Shown here: in pieces, positions 29,553 to 39,472 of the stretch | Position numbering within the stretch: position 1 is the first letter of the stretch | How the letters are laid out: each line of letters starts with the position of its first letter | IMG/VR virus record: IMGVR_UViG_3300042922_000732 | Location: 1-57,719 of that record | Strand: one strand, 5' to 3' | Length of the DNA: 57,719 nucleotides | From: a virus | Lineage: Duplodnaviria > Caudoviricetes | Notes under the pieces: generated by a model | Told to the model about the DNA's origin: nothing | Database searches by the model: none | What the model saw: the letters and a program-made list of their open reading frames with translations, nothing else | Translations under genes and position numbers: made by a program

Positions 29553-29766
29553 CTGGTGGCTGACTATCTTCTGTATTTTCTTTTGGAATATCTATCTTAG
29601 CAAACGCTTTTAATTCATCAACATCAGATTTTTTTACCTGAAATTCATCTCCATTATTTAAAAATTTTCCACCATATTTTATGAATTGTTTAGCTGTTGC
29701 ATTGTAAGTTGTTTCTTCAACTTTCTCTATATTTTCAGTATTTGTTGTATTATTCTTACCTGCCAT
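29494..29766 (-). CDS. Hypothetical head-region protein
   Basis: GGAGG RBS; follows capsid terminator. Confidence 0.65.
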   Translation of the reverse strand: MAGKNNTTNTENIEKVEETTYNATAKQFIKYGGKFLNNGDEFQVKKSDVDELKAFAKIDIPKENTEDSQPPVDPGTGQKEGEGDGGNGGQ

Positions 29767-29829
29767 AATTTAATTCATCCTCCATATCTAATATAAAATT
29801 AAAAGAGCAGCTTAAAAGACTGCTCTTTA

Positions 29830-30906
29830 TTAACCTACTGTAGCAAAAAAGACTTCATCAGCTCTATCAAAACTTACGATAGGCATTACAGAAACCTTAG
29901 TATCAACTGTAACTGGGTCCCATTTAGTATTGGTTGTAACTGCAATACCAGGTTCAATAACTGTAGTATCTAATTTGCTACTTCCATGCGTTAAATCAAA
30001 TTCTTCTGGTGTAGTACCATATACAGTTTCTCCTAATGTTGCTCCACTCATTAATGTAACTTTACAATCATCATAGTAAGCAACAGGATCTGCACCTTCG
30101 TATGGATAATAAGTTGTGTCTTCTAGGAATATAACAGTTAAATTCATTCTTTCTTTAGCAAATTGTAGAAAATCAGATTGAGAAACTATTCTCAAAGTAT
30201 TAACATTACTATTTCTAATGTCATCTTTAATTGCTGTGTTAACTAAAAATGTTTCATCAAATGTTTTTTCTGTCATTAACATAATATTAGGTTTAGGGCA
30301 ATTATCATCTGTCATTATCTTTTGAAACTTTTTTACATCTCCTACGATATCTGCAGTTGGATCAGTCCATTTGTCTGAACCTGTTAATATAACTTTATGG
30401 TTAGCTGGTACACCGTAATCAACAACAACATTTCCATCTGTAGGATCACTTGAATAAATAATTCTACCTGTTTGAATTACTTGTGCTCTCATTTTCTTAG
30501 CAATTATTGCTGCACCTTTTATAAGATTTGCTTGACCATCATACACTTGATCAAGAACAGCATTAACAATATTTTCATTGTTACTATTCATAGCATTTAT
30601 TACTTCTCTTCTTGTTGTTTCATCAATTCCAACTGATTCTTTAAAGAATGGAATTTCTGTTGTTTTAACTTCAACTTTTGCATTTAATGATCTCATTTTA
30701 GCAGCCACATCAAATGTTGATTGCCTTAATGCAACAGCTTTCTTTTTAGCACCTTTTGCATTCTCTAATTTAGTTCCAAGAACTTTTCTATTAGGGAAAA
30801 GCGTTTGATCTATTGTATCTTCATCAGGTAATTCTTTAACATATAAAGCAATATTTTTTGAATTGATATAATCTTGTAATTTCATAATTATCCTCCTAAG
30901 CTCCAA
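29830..30906 (-). CDS. Major capsid protein (phage cap E family)
   Basis: PFFKES, VDYGVP, KWTDPTADIVGD, YGTTPEE. Confidence 0.9.
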   Translation of the reverse strand: MELRRIIMKLQDYINSKNIALYVKELPDEDTIDQTLFPNRKVLGTKLENAKGAKKKAVALRQSTFDVAAKMRSLNAKVEVKTTEIPFFKESVGIDETTRREVINAMNSNNENIVNAVLDQVYDGQANLIKGAAIIAKKMRAQVIQTGRIIYSSDPTDGNVVVDYGVPANHKVILTGSDKWTDPTADIVGDVKKFQKIMTDDNCPKPNIMLMTEKTFDETFLVNTAIKDDIRNSNVNTLRIVSQSDFLQFAKERMNLTVIFLEDTTYYPYEGADPVAYYDDCKVTLMSGATLGETVYGTTPEEFDLTHGSSKLDTTVIEPGIAVTTNTKWDPVTVDTKVSVMPIVSFDRADEVFFATVG

Positions 30907-31282
30907 ATATTATTTGTTTTAATGCTGTTTTTTCTATTGCAGCATTTGTTTTGTCGAATTTAATTTGTGACTCATAAAGCACTCCATGCACAATTGTTGG
31001 TACAATTTCAGTAGCATTACCTGGAATTGAATCTGCTGACATAGAATTTTTAAAACTTATATCCTGATATACAACTCCATATGCATCACTTGAAGTGGAT
31101 GTTGTTGTTACTGGTTTACCAGCAATAGTTAATAAATTTCCTGCTTCTAATACCTCATCACTGTTTAATAGACTAGCTACATCTGACTTTTTTACATTGA
31201 TAGGCAATGAAATAAAATGATCTCCTGCTATTAATCTTAATTTCTTTTGCCCACCTATAATTTCATATGAACTTTGATGCAT
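30896..31282 (-). CDS. Head decoration-like protein
   Basis: Between scaffold and capsid; LEAG, YGVVYQD, IVHG. Confidence 0.7.
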   Translation of the reverse strand: MHQSSYEIIGGQKKLRLIAGDHFISLPINVKKSDVASLLNSDEVLEAGNLLTIAGKPVTTTSTSSDAYGVVYQDISFKNSMSADSIPGNATEIVPTIVHGVLYESQIKFDKTNAAIEKTALKQIIFGA

Positions 31283-31303
31283 TCTGCATTCCTCCTTAAT
31301 TTA

Positions 31304-31918
31304 TTATTTAGCAAAATCTAAGATATTCTTAGTTTTACTTGCTTCTGCACGTTGTTTCCCAAGTTTACTAGCTATATTTTCATTATTACTTGTATTTTTT
31401 GTGTTATCACCTCCTCCAGTATCAAACCCTGATGTTCCATTAATAACTTTTTCAAATAGATAATCATGTGATTTTTGTAATGGTTCTATCTGCTCTTTTA
31501 GTCCAATGATATTTTCACCATCAACTTTAATATTTTCTAAATTTAATTTAGCAAGAATTAAATCCTTATCTTTAACATTGTAATATCCTAAAGCTTTTCC
31601 TAAAGCATTATTAAATGCAATCTCATTAAGTTTCTTCTCAAAATTCTCTCTATCAGTTTTATTAGCTTTCGTTAAAGTATCAATTTCTTTCGTAAGAGTT
31701 TCATTATCTTTAACTTTAGATTGAATGTCTATTATATCCTTATCTCTTTTGTCTATGTCTTTCTTTTGCTGATCAATTGTAGCCTGAGCTGTTTCATAAT
31801 CTTTCTTAGGCACATGCTCAGCACTATTTACTAAATTTATACTTTCATATTCCTTCTTTTTGTCATCTGGCAAAGCATTGTAAGCCTGTTCACCTATGAT
31901 TTCTTTTAATTTTGGCAT
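31304..31918 (-). CDS. Scaffolding protein (GP20-like)
   Basis: Coiled coil; GLKEQIEPLQKSHDYLF. Confidence 0.85.
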   Translation of the reverse strand: MPKLKEIIGEQAYNALPDDKKKEYESINLVNSAEHVPKKDYETAQATIDQQKKDIDKRDKDIIDIQSKVKDNETLTKEIDTLTKANKTDRENFEKKLNEIAFNNALGKALGYYNVKDKDLILAKLNLENIKVDGENIIGLKEQIEPLQKSHDYLFEKVINGTSGFDTGGGDNTKNTSNNENIASKLGKQRAEASKTKNILDFAK

Positions 31919-32115
31919 TTTTTATTACCTTCCCTCCTATTTTTTTGTATAATAAAAAGCCTTAATTTCTTAAGACTCCTATTTACTGAAATATTATATA
32001 AAAATAAGTCTTATAGTAGCTACTGAACATCCACACCTCTTACGATATTCCTATTCACTTTAGATTTATAAGGCTTACTTTAAACAAATTTTTATATTTC
32101 TTATATGATTAATCT

Positions 32116-32433
32116 TTACTTTACCTGGTATCTCCATGAATATTCTCCCTTCATTAACAATTGCATAGCCTTCTTATGAAGTTCAATATCTTCATCTAAT
32201 GCTTTATCTAATGTGGATCTGATACCATAAGTTAATTTATTTGATGATAATGCTAATTTTAAACTTTTGATATTCCTCTCCAGTTTCCTGGTTAAATTAT
32301 TATCTAATCTAACAATATATTTTGTTTTACAGTGAGGACATTTAAAATAGGTTTCTGTAATCATAGCTCCTAAATATTCAGTTTTATGTTTTAATTCAAA
32401 TCCTTTACTGCATTCTTCGCATATTACATCCAT
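32116..32433 (-). CDS. Zinc-ribbon hypothetical protein
   Basis: CEEC…CPHC. Confidence 0.7.
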   Translation of the reverse strand: MDVICEECSKGFELKHKTEYLGAMITETYFKCPHCKTKYIVRLDNNLTRKLERNIKSLKLALSSNKLTYGIRSTLDKALDEDIELHKKAMQLLMKGEYSWRYQVK

Positions 32434-32800
32434 TCATACCCCTCCAATTTGCAAAACTAAACATGTTTCTTAATGTTAGTTCTAATATTTTATTTGCCAA
32501 TAATGACATCTCTCCAGCAAGTAGCACCATAGATACTATTTTTCTAGCATCGTTTATATTATAATTTTCCAACAATTTCTTATCATCCCACTTAAAGTTT
32601 ATTGTTGATGAAATTATTAGTTCAGCTCCAAAGTCAGAAATATTAATATTTTTATATATTAAATTTAATGTTATGATCATTAATTCTTTATAACTGAGAG
32701 CTTTCAACTTAATAGGTATGTTTAATCTATGAATTATTACTGTAGTTGTTGAATCTCTAGTTTTAAATAGAAATTTCATTCTATTTAATATATTAATCAT
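32405..32800 (-). CDS. Divergent second XkdN-like tail chaperone paralogue
   Basis: Aligns by eye with 24828..25307 (LKALS/LKGLT; FGAELIISSTINFKWD/FDAGLIVGATTNFDWN; LLAGEMSLLANKILE/LLAGEISILVNKVLE). Confidence 0.78.
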   Translation of the reverse strand: MINILNRMKFLFKTRDSTTTVIIHRLNIPIKLKALSYKELMIITLNLIYKNINISDFGAELIISSTINFKWDDKKLLENYNINDARKIVSMVLLAGEMSLLANKILELTLRNMFSFANWRGMNGCNMRRMQ

Positions 32801-32860
32801 AAATAGACCTCCTGTTTTTCTCTATAATAAAAGCACCTACTTTAAAGTAAGTGCTTTTCA

Positions 32861-33523
32861 TCATTTAGAATTTTCATATCTTTTAACTAAATTATAAAAA
32901 CTATTTCTTTTTAATCCCATGAACTCCATGGCTTTTACTCCAGTTATTTCTCCACTTTTCCATTTTGAATATCCTTCTTCCCAATTAACCGGATATTCAA
33001 TTGATGGCCTACCAATATAGTTTTCTGTCTTAGATGATATTTTTTTCCCATTCTCTCCAACTTTCATAGCTGCTATTCCTTCAGCTTGTCTTTGCCTTAT
33101 TTTAATTCTTTCTTTTTCTGCCATATATGATAATAATTCAAAAACAATATTTGCTATTAAAGTTTTCTCTAAATCAGTTTTACCAACAGTATTTAGAATA
33201 GGTGTATCAATCACTACAATTTCTATTCCTCTTTTTTGAAGGTCTTGCCATTCTTCTTTTATCATTAGCATATCTCTTCCAAGTCTATCAAGTTCCTTAA
33301 TTATTAAGGTATCGCCTTCTCTGAGGAAAGTTTCTTTCAATGCTATGTATACCTCTCTATTGAAGTTCTTTCCTGATTTTTTCTCTTGAAAGATATCTCT
33401 TTCTTTATCTATATTTATATTATTTTCTTTACAATATGATGAAATGGCTTCTAATTGTCGCTCTAAACTTTGATCTCTTGTTGATACTCTGGCATAAGCA
33501 TAAGTTTTTTTCATTATAAACAC
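32861..33523 (-). CDS. Small serine recombinase (resolvase/invertase)
   Basis: YARVSTRDQ, LDRLGR, GRP, C-terminal HTH. Confidence 0.92.
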   Translation of the reverse strand: MFIMKKTYAYARVSTRDQSLERQLEAISSYCKENNINIDKERDIFQEKKSGKNFNREVYIALKETFLREGDTLIIKELDRLGRDMLMIKEEWQDLQKRGIEIVVIDTPILNTVGKTDLEKTLIANIVFELLSYMAEKERIKIRQRQAEGIAAMKVGENGKKISSKTENYIGRPSIEYPVNWEEGYSKWKSGEITGVKAMEFMGLKRNSFYNLVKRYENSK

Positions 33524-33570
33524 CTCTAAAATTAAAATTTACTCTTAACTATAACTAAATTATAACTTTA

Positions 33571-33695
33571 GTGTTTATAATTGTCAATGATATTTTATAA
33601 ACATTTATAAAACATTTTTTATAGTTTTATAAACACATTATCATTTTAATTTTAATAGATTTTTATATATTTATAATCCTATACTTTTATAAACA
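33571..33695. promoter_or_regulatory. res-like site upstream of the resolvase
   Basis: Several TTTATAAACA half-sites; 28-bp site I-like TATTTATAATCC-TATA-CTTTTATAAACA at 33668-33695. Confidence 0.65.
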
Positions 33696-33749
33696 GAGAT
33701 TTTAGGCATAATAAAAGCACTTACTTAAATTTTAGCCAAGTAAATGCTT

Positions 33750-33902
33750 TTATTCTAACACTTCATGTGTCGCTGACATAAATGCCTCATATTCTTCTTT
33801 AGCCCATTGAGGTGCATCTTCCTTTATATTTAATCCATCATCAGTATAATATCCATATCCTTCAATCAAAAACTTTGGTTCAACTTGATCCATACTTATC
33901 AT
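33750..33902 (-). CDS. 50-aa probable immunity protein for the MuF toxin
   Basis: ATGA overlap with the MuF stop; MISMDQVEPKFLIEGYGYYTDDGLNIKEDAPQWAKEEYEAFMSATHEVLE; absent from ORF track. Confidence 0.7.
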   Translation of the reverse strand: MISMDQVEPKFLIEGYGYYTDDGLNIKEDAPQWAKEEYEAFMSATHEVLE

Positions 33903-35599
33903 CTCTTTCCTTGTATAAATTCTTTCAATTTTTTCTCTACGATTTCACCAAATACTTGTGCAAATTCTCTTGGATTATCTCCACCAAAATACTCTGCAAA
34001 TGTTTCAGCAAAAGCTTCTACTGGATTTGTTCCTCCATATCTACTTACTAATTCAGGAACATCTTTAAAACTGTATGTTTTATCGTATCTTTTATTATAC
34101 TCTAATAATACATCATTTATTAAGTTTTTGCACCATTTATCGCTATCCAACTCCTTATTTTCTAGCCATTTAAGTGAATCTGCTATATGGTGACCATATT
34201 CATGTACAAATGTTTTATAACTTTCGGCATTAGCAACTGTCCACTTACTTTCAATACATTGTTTGATATATTGGCTATTATAATCTTTATCATAAAAATA
34301 TTTTCCATTTAACACAAGTTCAACTGCTTCTGGACGTTTAGAATAATAACTATAATATCCTACAGGGTTAATGTTAGCTTTCACCTTTATACTAGGCAGA
34401 TTTACTGGATTTACTTCTTTAAACCCATCAAAATGATTATGGAATCTATCTAACCAATTAATTGAATCTTGTAATATATCTTTATTAATAGGATATTTCC
34501 TGCTATCTGAGAATTCTATATTATAATTTTCTTTTAAATAATCACTAATTTCTTTCTTATTTTTATATTGCTTGTCAGCAGGTTGTGTTTCGCTCCATTT
34601 AATTTCTTTTGGCGCTTCTTTCTTTGTATTATCGGCAAATTTAGTTTGTATTTCCGTAGGAGTAGTAATTTTAATAGATGTTTTATCATCACCTGCTTTA
34701 ATCCATTTATCAATATCAGGAATAGTCTCCCCATTGCTCCAATTATTCATCATTTTGATACATTTATCAAAATCCTCTAAAACCTCTGTAAAATAGCACA
34801 AGCAATTAGGATGCTGCAAAGGCACTTCATCTGGCTTAAATACTCTGCCTTCATAATCATCACATATATCTTTTTTCCCATGCATTCTAGATGAATGACT
34901 AGCACTTAAATTCCATTTAAGACCTTTACTAAAAGGATTTTTCTTAGAATTTTGTATTATTGTTTCTGTTTGAGCATGAGTTATTGATGTTCTTGCTAGC
35001 CTTCTTGCCTGGTAGGATATATTCTCTCCACCTATTCCGTCTTTGAATGTCTTAGGGGTAATACGATTCTTTGGATTTACGTATTTCTCTAACTCTTTTG
35101 CTAGATCTCTAACATTAGCACCTTTAGCAATATTATCTTTAATTATTGTATCAATTTTATTACAATTATCACCAGTAATATTCCAAATTCTTTTACTTAA
35201 AGTTTTTCCATCTTTATAATATTCACCTGCTATTAGCTGTTTCACAGAATCATTTGATATTTTAGTTATAGTTCTCTTTAAAGCTTCTTTTGTTTTTACA
35301 TTTGGTGCAATTGTATCAACAAAACTAAGTTGAACACCATTCTGAATATTAGAGCTCTTTGAAATATTACTCTCAATTGTTCTATTAAGATTATTATATA
35401 ATTCATTTCTATATTCATTAATAACCTTATAAGTCTCTATTTTATGAACTTTTGTCCTAGAATCAGTCATATTTAAAATATCGCCGATAAGTTTATCCCC
35501 TGCATCATTGTAAATTTTAAATAATTCTTTTTCCTGTTCAAAATTTAAATTTATAAATTCATTTCTTGCCTGAAGTATTCTCTTTTGATACTCATTCAT
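33899..35599 (-). CDS. MuF/SPP1 gp7-like minor head protein with C-terminal zinc metallopeptidase toxin domain
   Basis: ARRLART, CDD, HPNCLC MuF motifs; HEYGH and SRYG…EAFAE in the extension. Confidence 0.85.
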   Translation of the reverse strand: MNEYQKRILQARNEFINLNFEQEKELFKIYNDAGDKLIGDILNMTDSRTKVHKIETYKVINEYRNELYNNLNRTIESNISKSSNIQNGVQLSFVDTIAPNVKTKEALKRTITKISNDSVKQLIAGEYYKDGKTLSKRIWNITGDNCNKIDTIIKDNIAKGANVRDLAKELEKYVNPKNRITPKTFKDGIGGENISYQARRLARTSITHAQTETIIQNSKKNPFSKGLKWNLSASHSSRMHGKKDICDDYEGRVFKPDEVPLQHPNCLCYFTEVLEDFDKCIKMMNNWSNGETIPDIDKWIKAGDDKTSIKITTPTEIQTKFADNTKKEAPKEIKWSETQPADKQYKNKKEISDYLKENYNIEFSDSRKYPINKDILQDSINWLDRFHNHFDGFKEVNPVNLPSIKVKANINPVGYYSYYSKRPEAVELVLNGKYFYDKDYNSQYIKQCIESKWTVANAESYKTFVHEYGHHIADSLKWLENKELDSDKWCKNLINDVLLEYNKRYDKTYSFKDVPELVSRYGGTNPVEAFAETFAEYFGGDNPREFAQVFGEIVEKKLKEFIQGKR

Positions 35600-35601
35600 G
35601 G

Positions 35602-37158
35602 CTATTCACCACTACTAGTATTATCTAAATTATTATCCAAATTGTTATCATCATTCAAATCAATATTATTTAATTCACTTTGCAGTCCTCCTGGAATAGA
35701 ATCTTGTGCATTAATTAATTGATATTTTTCATTAAGTATTTCATTCCATTCGTCTTCTGCGTTCTCAGTATCTGTAAAATCTTTGATGTAAGATTGATGT
35801 GATCTTACTCCTTCATCTACTTCTTTCATTGCTAATTCTTTTTTACTTTCTTCATCACTTGGCAATGGATAATTATGTTCAAATAACGTAGTGTATTTCA
35901 AATCATTCCATTTCTGATTGTAAAGTTTCGAATAACATACCATTGAAGCTTCTTTAATGAATTTAAATAGACCAAGAAAAGCCGGAATCCAATCAGTCCA
36001 CTTTTCTTCACATCTTGCTATTAAATCATTATATAAATATTCCATAGCTTTACCACTTGGAATATTGCTCATATCCTTTAATCTTGGCATATCCATTAAG
36101 AAATTCATGTCTGCCTCTGCTCTATCCAAATATAATTCAACTGCAGCACTGTTTCCCATATTATATTCTAACCGCTGAATTTGTGCTTGCTTTCCTGAAC
36201 CTATTACATCTTCTCTTGTTTTAACTGCGTGTAGAGCTCCAGGTGCTATCTTGAATTTATTAACATCCTCTTCATGGCCATCAATTACAGATTCAGCTCC
36301 AAACATTTGAAACTTTAATGCATCTCTAAAATCTGATATTGTCTTATTATATTGTATTTGAGTATCTACTAATTCCTCAACATCAGATTCTCCAAAAGTA
36401 TCATTTAATTCTCCACCATTCTTAATAAGCCAACATGGTATAGTAGAAAAACCTGTATCAAAATCTTCTGTTAAATTTTCCTGCAGATCTGCATCAAAAT
36501 AGATTTCTTTTTTATACCACGCTTGTCGTTCTTTATTTTCTGTAAAATTATAATAATAGGTGTGAAGATAATATATTTTTTCTGAGTCACTATCTTTTAA
36601 TGCATTTTCATCATCTTCTTCAAAGAACTTAACATAAAGTAATTTTCCATTTTTCTCTTTATAATAAAGATCCTCTATGGATTCATACTTTATAACCATT
36701 GGTGAATTAGGATTCGCCTCTACTCTAAGCAAAACCCTCTTTTTAATTGTTGCTTCAAGAAAAGCTTTTTTAGTCATTGACCAAAAATTATTATTATCCA
36801 GTATATCTTCTATAAATTTTCTAAGTTCTTCACAAGAATCTTTATCTTTTTTATTATCCGGCTTAATTTTAACTGTTGGTTCAACTCCAAACATCCATCT
36901 AGCTTGTTTCTTTAAAAGTGGCTTTACTTTATTTCTTATTTCTTGTGTGGGATTATAGTCACAATTATCATTAACTTCCCAATTCTGACCTAATAAAGCC
37001 TTATCTTCTGCAATATCTTTTAAAGGTATCTTACACTTACCATCATAGAAAATATAATTTTTCCTTATTATTTCTCTCTCTATTCTTTCTTTTAATGGCA
37101 ACTGCAATAATGTATTTTTTATTGTATTTACCATATTCTCGTTAAAATCGTAATACAT
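35602..37158 (-). CDS. Portal protein (SPP1 gp6-like)
   Basis: 518 aa after terminase; FGESDV, PSGKAM. Confidence 0.88.
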   Translation of the reverse strand: MYYDFNENMVNTIKNTLLQLPLKERIEREIIRKNYIFYDGKCKIPLKDIAEDKALLGQNWEVNDNCDYNPTQEIRNKVKPLLKKQARWMFGVEPTVKIKPDNKKDKDSCEELRKFIEDILDNNNFWSMTKKAFLEATIKKRVLLRVEANPNSPMVIKYESIEDLYYKEKNGKLLYVKFFEEDDENALKDSDSEKIYYLHTYYYNFTENKERQAWYKKEIYFDADLQENLTEDFDTGFSTIPCWLIKNGGELNDTFGESDVEELVDTQIQYNKTISDFRDALKFQMFGAESVIDGHEEDVNKFKIAPGALHAVKTREDVIGSGKQAQIQRLEYNMGNSAAVELYLDRAEADMNFLMDMPRLKDMSNIPSGKAMEYLYNDLIARCEEKWTDWIPAFLGLFKFIKEASMVCYSKLYNQKWNDLKYTTLFEHNYPLPSDEESKKELAMKEVDEGVRSHQSYIKDFTDTENAEDEWNEILNEKYQLINAQDSIPGGLQSELNNIDLNDDNNLDNNLDNTSSGE

Positions 37159-37310
37159 CAGATTTCATCCTCCCTTCTAAGTAATTAATTTATGTTTATA
37201 AAAGTACACTTTTTTAAACATAGATTCTATTTAAATCGAATCCCTTAAAATCATAAGTAATTTTCTAATTTATAAACACTATTTTTTCACAGACTTTTAT
37301 AAACACTTTT

Positions 37311-38642
37311 CTAAAATACTGTTTTTGTTCTGTTGTAAGGATCTTTTGTTGCATTAGAAACTCCCTTACCTTTTTGAAATACAGAATCATCATAATTTTC
37401 TTCATTCCCAATTTTAAGCTTATCATTTATTGAATATCTCAAAGCTGCCATAGCATCATCCATAAATTCTACTGGTTCATCTAAATACAATCCTGTCTTT
37501 TCATCCTTCTTCCATTTCCACTGTCCAATTTCTTTTGTAGTATCAATACATGCAGGATGAATGTGTATTTTAGTTTGCTTTAAATAATCTATTTGAGCCT
37601 TAACACTTCCAGGAACCTTTTTAACACCAGCAGCATTATATCCTGCTTTTCTCCACATCTTTATCCTATCGGGTTCAGCGCTATCGCAATACATTCTTAA
37701 ATTCTTTTCAAATTGTCTTCTATTTGCTATTTCAATAATTTCAGACGTATCCATTTCATGTACATATATTTCATTACATACATATAATTCTCCATCTTTA
37801 AAACCAATTCTTAAAATAGCATTAGCATGATTAAATCCAAAGTCTTGAGCTAGTCTCATATTGTCAAACATTTCAAATTCTGTTGGGAATTCATGTATTG
37901 TATAGTTATGAAGAATAATTCCTCCAGTTTCTCCCCATTCACCTAATCCATATACTTTATATCCTTCTGGATCTTGTTCTTTTCTCATCATCATTCTTCG
38001 ATGATAAGCTGCATCAATAAATCTATTTGTTACATATGTTGAATGATGAGTGAAAATATCTTCACTCTTATAATCAAAATACTTTCTCTTTATCCAATGT
38101 GAAGCCGAAACTGGATTGAAAGTATACGTTATTTGATAGTATAAATTAGGATTATCTAAAATACCTCTTAAACGGTCATCTAATATATCTACATCACTTT
38201 CCATAAGCTCTGTAGCTTCTTCACACCATATCCAAATCAATTTACCATTAGGAAAATTAATAGATTTTAATTTTTCTCTCTGTTTTGCATCATTAACACC
38301 TCTAAAAATAATAGAATTTCCTGTAACTCTGCTAGTTATCTCCAAAGGACTTAGCTTCATGATCCAATACCTATCAGCATATTCACCATATATTCTATTA
38401 ATAGCTCCTGTTAATTCTGCATAAGTGGAATATTTATGGGTAGCTTCTGATTTTCTTACAGCTAAAAGATTAGCACCTTTATATCTCATGTCACCAAGCT
38501 TTAATATGTAATCTTGAGCCACATCAACAGATTTTCCACTACCTGCAGATCCTTTCATTGCTCTATATCTTTTTCTAGTAAGATTGGCTTCCCTGAAAAT
38601 AGGATTAAATTGTGCTTTAACTACTTCCATTCGCATCACCAT
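37311..38642 (-). CDS. terL: Terminase large subunit, PBSX family
   Basis: GSAGSGKS, WCEEATE, TFNP, QDFGF, DSAEP, DDAMAALRY. Confidence 0.95.
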   Translation of the reverse strand: MVMRMEVVKAQFNPIFREANLTRKRYRAMKGSAGSGKSVDVAQDYILKLGDMRYKGANLLAVRKSEATHKYSTYAELTGAINRIYGEYADRYWIMKLSPLEITSRVTGNSIIFRGVNDAKQREKLKSINFPNGKLIWIWCEEATELMESDVDILDDRLRGILDNPNLYYQITYTFNPVSASHWIKRKYFDYKSEDIFTHHSTYVTNRFIDAAYHRRMMMRKEQDPEGYKVYGLGEWGETGGIILHNYTIHEFPTEFEMFDNMRLAQDFGFNHANAILRIGFKDGELYVCNEIYVHEMDTSEIIEIANRRQFEKNLRMYCDSAEPDRIKMWRKAGYNAAGVKKVPGSVKAQIDYLKQTKIHIHPACIDTTKEIGQWKWKKDEKTGLYLDEPVEFMDDAMAALRYSINDKLKIGNEENYDDSVFQKGKGVSNATKDPYNRTKTVF

Positions 38643-39417
38643 AGTCTATTACTATTTTCAGCTCATTATCTAAACCTTTATCTGCATTAGATATCTCTGC
38701 CTTTAGTTTTTCAACTCTTAATCTTTGCTCTTCAGTTGCTAAATCCCAACTCTTATGAAGTAATTCTTCATATTTACTAATCATATTTTGTAGCGTAGTC
38801 ATAGCTTTACTTTGAGCAGTTAAAAAAGTTGCTTGTCTCTCCCATGCAAATTGAAATTCGTATTCTTCTTCTCTATAAATCTCAACCGATGTTTTCTTTC
38901 CTGTCTTTTTATCAGTTTCAACATCATTTTGAGTTTTAATTTTCTTAAGCTCTTTTATCATTTCCTCTTTATTTTTTACATGCATTATTTTTTGGCTTCT
39001 AATGACTAATGCAAATTGTAATTGAATATTGTTCCAGAGTATATCTAATGAGTTTAAGCCTGACTCAGCTGTTTCCTGTATTATCTTTTTGGTAGCTGCC
39101 GGAAGATACTTTCTTAAAAAACCTTTTTCTAAATGTTTTGTAGGATTATAATAATCTCCATGCTGTAAATTGTTCAAATTTCCCTTAGGTGCTCCACCTT
39201 TGTTCCCTACTGCATTCTTGTTTCCAAATGGAGCTCCTACCTTACCATTTAATTTTATATCCCATTCATCATTCTTCTTCCAAGAATAAATATTAACTGG
39301 TTTTTCTCCTAGTATTTCAGCTATTTCTTTAGGAGTAATCTTTCCATCATGCTCTTTATAAATTTCAAATGCGTTATCTCTGTTTGGGCTTCTTGTCTTT
39401 CCCATAGTTACCTCCAT
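38617..39417 (-). CDS. terS: Terminase small subunit
   Basis: RSPNRDNAFEIY HTH; GAPFGNKNA/GAPKGNLN repeats. Confidence 0.9.
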   Translation of the reverse strand: MEVTMGKTRSPNRDNAFEIYKEHDGKITPKEIAEILGEKPVNIYSWKKNDEWDIKLNGKVGAPFGNKNAVGNKGGAPKGNLNNLQHGDYYNPTKHLEKGFLRKYLPAATKKIIQETAESGLNSLDILWNNIQLQFALVIRSQKIMHVKNKEEMIKELKKIKTQNDVETDKKTGKKTSVEIYREEEYEFQFAWERQATFLTAQSKAMTTLQNMISKYEELLHKSWDLATEEQRLRVEKLKAEISNADKGLDNELKIVIDYGDANGSS

Positions 39418-39472
39418 AACAAAAGCACCTGGTTAAACCAAGTGCTTTATTTCTTTACGATTTATTTAATTT

